A stretch of 44,965 nucleotides of DNA from a virus (Duplodnaviria; Caudoviricetes): IMG/VR virus record IMGVR_UViG_3300032136_000008, positions 1 through 44,965 of that record. One strand, 5' to 3'. The position numbers and the translations under genes were made by a program. A model generated the notes under the pieces. The model saw only the letters and a program-made list of their open reading frames with translations, ran no database searches and was not told where the DNA came from. This document shows positions 17,087 through 23,829 of the stretch, in pieces. Position 1 is the first letter of the stretch, and every line of letters starts with the position of its first letter.

Positions 17087-17353
17087 ATGATCCCAGCCAA
17101 ACATCTTTACCTCTACCTCGTAACCCAGAGCGCAAACAGAGAATACGACACCTACGACGCCTTCGTAGTTTGCGCCGAGAATGCCGAGGAGGCCAAGCAC
17201 ACCCATCCGACAGGAGAACCCCTCACCCCCGAGTGGCGGCCAGATATCTATGATCCCTGGACTTCATTGGAAAATGTCCATGTCCAGTATCTTGGTAAAG
17301 CCGACCCGATTCTAACCAAGGGCATTCTTTGCGCCTCCTATAACGCAGGATAA
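17087..17353 (+). CDS. Conserved-type phage hypothetical protein (88 aa)
   Basis: GGAG RBS at ATG 17087. YDTYDAFVVCAENAEEAK...YLGKA...GILCASYNAG is a pattern I recall from many phages. Confidence 0.8.
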   Translation: MIPAKHLYLYLVTQSANREYDTYDAFVVCAENAEEAKHTHPTGEPLTPEWRPDIYDPWTSLENVHVQYLGKADPILTKGILCASYNAG

Positions 17354-17357
17354 AAAA

Positions 17358-17858
17358 ATGAACATCTTCCGCGTAGCATATACTCCAATAAGATGCGCCC
17401 AATGCCTCGACGATCTTAGGTTAAATAAAATGATCCTCGAAACGGCGCAGTTACTTTCCACCGCCGTTTGGCACCATGCGCCTCAGCAAGCCCGCCTATG
17501 GGGCCTCTATCGCCCGACGCATCGGAATCATCCAGTCACCCTTTGGGTCAAACATTCGGAAAGCAATTATCGCTGGACCACGGACCTCTTATACCACCTC
17601 CTCCGCGAGCGCGAGTTCCGGACAAACAAAACCCATGCGACGCAAATATACCTCCGCCGCCTAACCGACGGAGTAGAGTTTATCCCCTGGGCAAAACCAA
17701 TTCCAAGCCCTAATTGCTCCGCCTATCCGGAAGTCGAGCATTTCCTCGCCTATCGCCTTACCTTGCGCGACAAGTGGGTTAATGATATTCGAACTCCGAC
17801 CTGGACCAAGCGCGGTTCGCCTGAATGGCTTAAAAAAATCAGCGATTTAGATTGCTAA
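17358..17858 (+). CDS. Pyrimidine-dimer DNA glycosylase/endonuclease V-like protein (Pyr_excise family)
   Basis: MNIF...DD.RLNKMILETAQLLST...YRPTHRNHPVTLWV..S..NY.W signature. Confidence 0.8.
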   Translation: MNIFRVAYTPIRCAQCLDDLRLNKMILETAQLLSTAVWHHAPQQARLWGLYRPTHRNHPVTLWVKHSESNYRWTTDLLYHLLREREFRTNKTHATQIYLRRLTDGVEFIPWAKPIPSPNCSAYPEVEHFLAYRLTLRDKWVNDIRTPTWTKRGSPEWLKKISDLDC

Positions 17859-17870
17859 GGAGATAAACTC

Positions 17871-18353
17871 ATGAATTCAAAATCCACCCTCGCCGGCCAG
17901 GATCTCTGGTCCTTCCTTTGCGCCACGAAACCCGAGAGGCAGGCTTTAACCAACGCCGAAAAACGGAGGAGAAAAAAGGAGCAAAAATCCAAAGAATTCG
18001 AAAAACTTAAACAAACCCTCCACCAAGCCGCCGAAGCGATGAATCTATGGACTCCCATCGCTCGGATATACGTTACATTTCAAGTAACTTGCCACTGCGG
18101 CAACGAGTTTTGTCAACCGGAACTTCATATATCCGACAAACCGCTGATCGAATTCCAGCATAAACGGACTAAGGAAACTAAAATTTCCCGCGCGGATTGG
18201 AGCGAAATCCCAGCCAACCTTCCGGGAAAGAATAAATTCCTCCCGGCAAAATCCTGCCATTGCCCCGAGTGCATTGGTTTACTTACCCAGCATCTTCCCA
18301 GTCCTCCGCCCATTCAACTTGAACTATTTGGAGAATCTCATGGCAGTCATTAA
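17871..18353 (+). CDS. Putative Zn-binding protein with a C-terminal QLELF motif
   Basis: CHCG and CHCPEC motifs; GGAG RBS. Confidence 0.7.
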   Translation: MNSKSTLAGQDLWSFLCATKPERQALTNAEKRRRKKEQKSKEFEKLKQTLHQAAEAMNLWTPIARIYVTFQVTCHCGNEFCQPELHISDKPLIEFQHKRTKETKISRADWSEIPANLPGKNKFLPAKSCHCPECIGLLTQHLPSPPPIQLELFGESHGSH

Positions 18354-18684
18354 ATCCACTATGATCCGAGGGCGCCGAGGTCGGCCGAGAAATCTCGAGC
18401 CCATGTCCCGGTGGACATTGCGAATCCCTGAGTCCATTGCCGCTCAATGGGATGCCTTATTCCTCGACCCAACGGGGACCAAGGTCAAGCATAACACTCG
18501 CAACGATATAGTCAAGGCTCTGCTTTCTCTAACCATGGAGAGCTTTATCCAAGGCGAGCCGATAGTCAATATCTCCCACGTCCACCAGCTTATCCGCGAC
18601 AAAGCTCAACAGGCCGGATTAGCTGTGGAGGAAATCGACGCCGAGGACATTCTTCTCCCAGAGGATTTTGAAGAAAAGTCTTGA
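18340..18684 (+). CDS. Putative DNA-binding protein (AT-hook-like RGRPR plus ribbon-helix-helix-like region)
   Basis: RRGRPR followed by WTLRIPESIAAQWD...RNDIVKALL; GGAG RBS at ATG 18340. Confidence 0.6.
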   Translation: MAVIKSTMIRGRRGRPRNLEPMSRWTLRIPESIAAQWDALFLDPTGTKVKHNTRNDIVKALLSLTMESFIQGEPIVNISHVHQLIRDKAQQAGLAVEEIDAEDILLPEDFEEKS

Positions 18685-18709
18685 CAACTGGCCACTATTA
18701 TGGCATACT
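18681..18709 (+). promoter_or_regulatory. Sigma70 promoter for the recombination/replication module (CTTGACAACTGG family)
   Basis: TTGACA-17 nt-CATACT with extended TG. Confidence 0.8.
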
Positions 18710-18736
18710 ACCCATCCTAGCCACGGAGATCAAACC

Positions 18737-18997
18737 ATGAATACCCCACAAGAGGTAACCTTCCAACTCGAAGATTATCGCCAGAGAGTCCTCGCCGCCG
18801 ACAAGCTTCGCCTTGCTGGAGACGAAGAAGGCGCGAGGAAACTTATGCCGACAAGGGAGGAAATCATCCAATCCATTAAAGCCTATCGAAAACTCATGAC
18901 CACGAAACAGACGAAACGGGCGACTTCCTCGGAAGGCAAAGCCAAGGCCAATAAGATCAAGACCATGGATAACCTGGCTGATCTTTTCAAATCGTAG
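18737..18997 (+). CDS. Hypothetical protein (86 aa)
   Basis: GGAG RBS at ATG 18737; first gene after the promoter. Confidence 0.75.
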   Translation: MNTPQEVTFQLEDYRQRVLAADKLRLAGDEEGARKLMPTREEIIQSIKAYRKLMTTKQTKRATSSEGKAKANKIKTMDNLADLFKS

Positions 18998-19006
18998 GAT
19001 TTCCTC

Positions 19007-19273
19007 ATGTCCCGCCAGCGGCCCGAAGACTTCAGCCAAAACTTTGTAATCCTTGTTCAAAGAGCTTATGACGAGGGGGAGGTAAAAATCCCTCTCCCCA
19101 TTTCCGAGGCAAAAGCTTTGCGCAGTAATTTCTATCATTTTCGCAAAGTCTTGAAAGATTGCGAAGATCCTTTTTATAAGATTACCAAGGAAATCAAGTT
19201 CTTTATCGAAGGCGGATTAACCCTTCGGCGCCGCGGGCTCGACGCCCCTCTTCCCGAGGATTTCGAGAAGTAA
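19007..19273 (+). CDS. Hypothetical protein (88 aa)
   Basis: AGGA RBS. Similar to the C-half of 16362..17021. Confidence 0.7.
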   Translation: MSRQRPEDFSQNFVILVQRAYDEGEVKIPLPISEAKALRSNFYHFRKVLKDCEDPFYKITKEIKFFIEGGLTLRRRGLDAPLPEDFEK

Positions 19274-19301
19274 TATTTCTTTCTTCTGGAGACCACTTAA
19301 C

Positions 19302-20282
19302 ATGATTGACTCTCACCCTCGCTTCCCGGAGGTCATAGATTCCTCCATCCGGGGCGCCTTTGTTTCTTGCCCGAGGCAATTCTACTACGGCTATCTTCGA
19401 GGCTTGTCCTCCAAGCGCCTTTCGATTCACCTCCATTTCGGCGCCTGTTTCGCCGCAGGGTTAGAATCCTATCGCCGAGCCTTTTATGACGAGGAACGAT
19501 TGGCGCACGAGCTTTCCTCCTGGCATGACCATGCGCTTTATCTCGGCCTCATCCGCATTATCCGCGAATGGGGGGAGTATCCCACCGAGGAGGAAGAACC
19601 CAAAACTTTGTGGAATTGCCTCGGAGCCCTGGATTATTATTTCGAAACCCATCCTCCGGCCACGGATATCCTCCAACCATATATCAAACAAAACGGGGAA
19701 CCGGCGGTAGAGTTTTCCTTCACCTTGCCGATGGAAGTCCTCCATCCTGAAACCGCGGAGCCATTGATCTACGCTGGCCGGTTCGATATGCTCGGCCTAT
19801 ACCAGGGCCAGCTTGCCGTTATTGACGAGAAGACCACAAAACAACTCGGGGCCAGTTGGAGTTCTTCCTGGGATCTCCGCGCACAATTCAAGGGCTACGC
19901 CTATGCCGCGCATCAATTTGGCTATCCTGTAATCGGCACCGTAGTTCGCGGAATTGCTCTCCGCAAACTCGGCTTCGACCACGCCGAGGCTTATATTCCC
20001 GTCGCCAAGTGGGATCTTGAACGCTGGTGGGAGCAACTCCAACACGATGCAAATCGCATGGTTACCTCGTGGAAAAACCGCTACTGGGATATGAATCTAG
20101 ATTCTTCCTGCACTTCCTACGGCGGTTGCGCCTTTACCCCGCTGTGCAAACTTTCCAACCCCGAGCCCTGGATCGAATCCAGCTATGTCGTGCGCCGGTG
20201 GAATCCATTAGACCGCGACCCCTTATCCGAGGATCGCAAACGCGAGGCAAATTCAATCACCGAATTCGGAGCCCTGCTATGA
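19302..20282 (+). CDS. Cas4/RecB-like PD-(D/E)xK exonuclease
   Basis: N-terminal CPRQF, catalytic GRFD...VIDEKT, Q..GY and C-terminal C.....C.....C (Fe-S ligand pattern). Confidence 0.85.
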   Translation: MIDSHPRFPEVIDSSIRGAFVSCPRQFYYGYLRGLSSKRLSIHLHFGACFAAGLESYRRAFYDEERLAHELSSWHDHALYLGLIRIIREWGEYPTEEEEPKTLWNCLGALDYYFETHPPATDILQPYIKQNGEPAVEFSFTLPMEVLHPETAEPLIYAGRFDMLGLYQGQLAVIDEKTTKQLGASWSSSWDLRAQFKGYAYAAHQFGYPVIGTVVRGIALRKLGFDHAEAYIPVAKWDLERWWEQLQHDANRMVTSWKNRYWDMNLDSSCTSYGGCAFTPLCKLSNPEPWIESSYVVRRWNPLDRDPLSEDRKREANSITEFGALL

Positions 20283-20704
20283 AGGCCGGGTTTCTCTTAA
20301 CCTTCCCCGACGGGAATACCAAGGACCTTGGCGAATTCCATTTAAAATCCATCCAGGGCCTCCCACACCTCCCGCACTTTTTCTGCCCCCGATGCGGAGA
20401 AGAATGGGGAACCGCCTATGCCTTGGATTCCCAGGAACACCGCCACGTTGTTCATCACGCTCTTTGCCTTAACCATGGAGGAGGAAGCCTAATCCTATGG
20501 GGAGATTATCCCCTCGACCAGTTTAATTATCAAATGCTTTTACACGAAATAACCCTTATCCTCGCCTACGGAGACCATTATGACTTCTGCAACTACAGCA
20601 CCAGCCGTCGAAACCAAGAAACCTGTGCAACATCCTGGCAGCAATACCTTGCTTCTAGGAGCAACCGGCACGGGGAAAACTTACTCCATCAGAACCTTTC
20701 TTGA
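20279..20704 (+). CDS. Zinc-ribbon hypothetical protein
   Basis: ATGA-coupled start; FFCPRCGEEW...CLNH. Its 3' end overlaps the ATPase gene by 125 nt. Confidence 0.6.
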   Translation: MKAGFLLTFPDGNTKDLGEFHLKSIQGLPHLPHFFCPRCGEEWGTAYALDSQEHRHVVHHALCLNHGGGSLILWGDYPLDQFNYQMLLHEITLILAYGDHYDFCNYSTSRRNQETCATSWQQYLASRSNRHGENLLHQNLS

Positions 20705-21413
20705 CGCCGGGATTACTCCCTTCGTCCTCGCCACGGAGCCGGGGATTGAATCGACTCTCGGCGACCTTCCTCCGGAAAAATGCCACTGGCATTACATTGC
20801 CCCGGCGGCGTCGAGCTGGGAGGACATGATCGACTCGGCCAAGAAGATCAACATGCTGGATCAAAAAGCCCTGGCCCAGATGCCAGGAATTAATAAGCGA
20901 AAATTTACTCAATTCATCGACGTCTTAACCACTTGCAATGATTTCGTCTGCGACCGAACCGGAGAATCTTTCGGCGACGTTTCAACCTGGGGGCCAGATC
21001 GAGTCCTGGTTATCGACTCCCTCAGCGGCCTGAATATCATGGCCATGAACCTCGTCGTCGGCTCGAAACCGATGAAATCCATGCCTGACTGGGGCATGGC
21101 AATGGATAATCTCGAGCGCCTTATCATCACTCTAACCACAGGAACAAAATGCTATTTCGTTCTAACCGCTCATCTTGAACGAGAAGTGGATGAGGTAACC
21201 GGCGGAACGACCATAACCGCCTCCACCCTTGGCCGCAAACTAGCCCCTCGAATCCCTCGCTTCTTCGACGACGTGATCATGGCGCAACGAGAAGGCAAGA
21301 CCTTTACCTGGACCACGACGGCCATGAATGCTGATCTCAAGGCCCGAAACCTTCCTTGGGATTCCAAACTCAAACCCACGTTTAGGCAAATCGTGGAGAG
21401 CCGGAATGTTTGA
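20580..21413 (+). CDS. AAA_24/Sak4-like ATPase (recombination/annealing module)
   Basis: Walker A GATGTGKT, Walker B LVIDSLS and LTAH motif. Sits between exonuclease and SSB. Confidence 0.85.
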   Translation: MTSATTAPAVETKKPVQHPGSNTLLLGATGTGKTYSIRTFLDAGITPFVLATEPGIESTLGDLPPEKCHWHYIAPAASSWEDMIDSAKKINMLDQKALAQMPGINKRKFTQFIDVLTTCNDFVCDRTGESFGDVSTWGPDRVLVIDSLSGLNIMAMNLVVGSKPMKSMPDWGMAMDNLERLIITLTTGTKCYFVLTAHLEREVDEVTGGTTITASTLGRKLAPRIPRFFDDVIMAQREGKTFTWTTTAMNADLKARNLPWDSKLKPTFRQIVESRNV

Positions 21414-21486
21414 GCGCCTTCTCGTCATCATCGGAGTAATTGTTTTTATCCTTGTTTTCTCCTGGATAATATTTAAAAAACTCTAA
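21406..21486 (+). CDS. 26-aa single-pass membrane peptide (not in the ORF track)
   Basis: MFERLLVIIGVIVFILVFSWIIFKKL. GGAGAG RBS at 21395-21400; start overlaps the ATPase stop. Confidence 0.6.
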   Translation: MFERLLVIIGVIVFILVFSWIIFKKL

Positions 21487-21617
21487 GTCGAAACGGGGCG
21501 GGGTGTGGCTCTCCCCAGCTGTTTGCTTCCCAGGATTGGTCTCCTCCTCCGCAAACAGAAACCACATTCCGCCTCGTCTGCCAGGGCTGGGTTCCCTGGT
21601 ATTGATAAGACAACCTG
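21487..21617 (+). ncRNA. Type II hammerhead ribozyme (U3-A8 core variant)
   Basis: GTC-GAAA-stem III (21493-21508/21562-21577)-GTC cleavage triplet (21576-21578)-stem I TGCCAGGG/CCCTGGTA-core TTGATAA-GAC. Loop I TGGGTT can pair with the 3' tail AACCTG. Confidence 0.85.
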
Positions 21618-21637
21618 AAACATAGAGGAAAAATCAC

Positions 21638-22063
21638 ATGTTTGATCCTACAACTTTCGCTGACACCACGATCGAAGATTCGTTTGAGGAAAAGCGTTCG
21701 CTCATCCCGCCGGGGGAGTATATGATGACCCTGGAGGAAGTCGAACCCCGCGTAGTTGGTGAGCGGAATCTTCCAATTCTCTCCGTCCGGCTGCGGATCG
21801 TCAACTCCGGGGACGAGGAGGCCGACAACCGCGTAATCTATCACACCGTTTGGCTGGACATGGACGACGCCGGGTCGCTTCTCACTGGCCCGAATAAGAA
21901 CATTAACCTCGGGCAGTTGCTTTCCGCCCTGGGGCTTAATGGCAAGCCCTGGTCGCCGAACCAGTTGGCCGGGAATGTTGTCCTCGGGAATCTTTCCCAT
22001 ACCTTGAACAAGCGCAGTGGAGAAATGGAAGAGCGGATCACCCGCTTCGCCAAGGCGTCGTAA
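21638..22063 (+). CDS. Single-stranded DNA-binding protein (DUF669/gp2.5-like OB fold, putative)
   Basis: IPPGEY motif, OB-like beta pattern, position after the Sak4-like ATPase, GAGG RBS. Confidence 0.7.
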   Translation: MFDPTTFADTTIEDSFEEKRSLIPPGEYMMTLEEVEPRVVGERNLPILSVRLRIVNSGDEEADNRVIYHTVWLDMDDAGSLLTGPNKNINLGQLLSALGLNGKPWSPNQLAGNVVLGNLSHTLNKRSGEMEERITRFAKAS

Positions 22064-22070
22064 GGCGGTA

Positions 22071-22113
22071 GGCCCAGGGAGGTGCCAAGGACGGTGCTTT
22101 CTCTGGGTTTTTT
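22071..22113 (+). terminator. Intrinsic terminator after ssb
   Basis: GGCCCAGGGAG...TTCTCTGGGTT stem followed by a T run. Confidence 0.75.
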
Positions 22114-22128
22114 AAAAGGAGAGTAACA

Positions 22129-22530
22129 ATGCCTAAATGTATCCATTGCCACAGCTCAGGACTTGGAGAATTTTGCTTTGATGATTGCGAAGCATGTGAT
22201 GGAACAGGAGAACAAGAGATGTCTGATAAAACAATCTGGGATAGCCCTAAAGCACCTGACTTCAGACCTGTAAATGCCATAATTGCAGAACTTATCAATA
22301 CAAAAAAAGAAGCTGATAAATATTACCAGCTTTGGCAAGCGGAGCGCCGGCAGTTGCAAGGTAAATTAGATGCCTCACGACTTGTAGTTACCGAACTCCG
22401 CGCCGAAAACGCACAGCTGTTAAACCTTATCAAAGAACACAATACATATGTTCAATGTGGAGGAGGATCAGACAATCCTGATGATCTTATAATCTTTCTC
22501 CCCGGAGCCTCTTCTAATGCCCATGATTAA
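22129..22530 (+). CDS. Hypothetical protein with a DnaJ-type CxxCxxxG zinc finger and a coiled coil
   Basis: CIHCHSSG...CEACDGTG; AAGGAG RBS. Confidence 0.65.
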   Translation: MPKCIHCHSSGLGEFCFDDCEACDGTGEQEMSDKTIWDSPKAPDFRPVNAIIAELINTKKEADKYYQLWQAERRQLQGKLDASRLVVTELRAENAQLLNLIKEHNTYVQCGGGSDNPDDLIIFLPGASSNAHD

Positions 22531-23827
22531 ACCATATTTCCTCCCCCTTTCCGAAGTATCTCTATCCGACAGGCAAAGAAAATACTTCGACGAATCCAAG
22601 ATCATCGACCTGGCCGAGGATATTAAACTCCATGGCCTGATCCATGCTCCTGCCGTTACCTCCCTCGGTCGCCTTATTGTCGGCGAGCGGCGCCTTCGCG
22701 CCATGCAGATGCTGCATCGGAAAGAAACGCCTTTTACTTACCAAGGCGCCGTCTGCCCGCCGGAGCACATTCCAGTAACCTTCATCCCCGTCGAAAAAAA
22801 CCTCTCCGACGAAGAGATTGAAATCCAACTCAAGGAAATCGAACTCGCCGAAAATCTTCTCCGCGAAAACCTTTCCTGGCAAGAGCGAGCCCAAGCCGAG
22901 CGCGAACTCCATATCCTCCGAAAAGAACAAACCGGGGGGAAGCAAACCTTAGAGCAAACGGCCGAAGAAATCAAAGGTTCTAAACCAACAAACTTAGACA
23001 AAGGAAATCTAAAGGAAAACCTTTTCCTCGCCGAGCATCTCACCGATCCCGAGATTTCCAAAGTCAAGAATCGCAAAGACGCTCTCCGCATTGCCAAGGA
23101 AAAAGTCCTCCGCGAACGCCGAGCGGCTTTGGCCGAGGAATATAAAATAAATCCTAAAAAATCCGAAAGTCCGCATATGCTTATCCTCGGGGATTGTTTA
23201 GAACAATGGAATAAAATCCCTGAATTTTCACTTCTCCTCACCGATCCTCCCTATGGCATGGACGCGGGAGAATTCAACTCTCAATTCACCATAGCTCATG
23301 AGTATGAAGATTCCTCCACCTCTTGGCCAGAGCTTATGGAATCCTTGGCAATTAATTCTTATAAACATTCCAAAGACCTTGCCCATGCATTTGTCTTTTG
23401 TCATATTCTTAATTTCCCCGAGCTTGCCGCTAAGTTTTCCTCTGCCGGCTGGGACGTTTGGCCGAGGCCATTAATCTGGGACAAGGGTTCCCTGGGTTCT
23501 CTCCCAAAACCTCATCATGGTCCGCGGTTCTGCTACGAGGCAATCCTTTTCGCTAACAAGGGAAATAAACCCGTCCTCCGCACGGGCCGAGATGTTTTGC
23601 CTATAACCAACCCGAGCAAAACTTTCCACGCCGCCGAGAAGCCGGTGGAGCTTTTCTCTGAACTTATTTCCCGAACCTTGGAACCTGGAGAAATCGTCCT
23701 TGATCCATTTTGCGGAAGTGGGACTATCTTCCCCGCAGCGACGAGGCAAGCCGTCAAAGCCGTTGGGATTGAGAAATCCTCCACCCATCACGACACGGCT
23801 TTGATTCGCCTTCGCGAGGGATTATAA
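22517..23827 (+). CDS. ParB-like N-terminal domain fused to a beta-class N6A/N4C DNA methyltransferase
   Basis: GLIHAPAV...LIVGERRLRA...ELAENLLRENL (ParB). TDPPY precedes H.AEKP and VLDPFCGSGT (MTase). Confidence 0.9.
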   Translation: MPMIKPYFLPLSEVSLSDRQRKYFDESKIIDLAEDIKLHGLIHAPAVTSLGRLIVGERRLRAMQMLHRKETPFTYQGAVCPPEHIPVTFIPVEKNLSDEEIEIQLKEIELAENLLRENLSWQERAQAERELHILRKEQTGGKQTLEQTAEEIKGSKPTNLDKGNLKENLFLAEHLTDPEISKVKNRKDALRIAKEKVLRERRAALAEEYKINPKKSESPHMLILGDCLEQWNKIPEFSLLLTDPPYGMDAGEFNSQFTIAHEYEDSSTSWPELMESLAINSYKHSKDLAHAFVFCHILNFPELAAKFSSAGWDVWPRPLIWDKGSLGSLPKPHHGPRFCYEAILFANKGNKPVLRTGRDVLPITNPSKTFHAAEKPVELFSELISRTLEPGEIVLDPFCGSGTIFPAATRQAVKAVGIEKSSTHHDTALIRLREGL

Positions 23828-23829
23828 CC

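Noticed and set aside
22517-22900. Plasmid-prophage partition system or temperate lifestyle
   Set aside because: The ParB domain is fused to a methyltransferase. No ParA, integrase or clear repressor was recognised.
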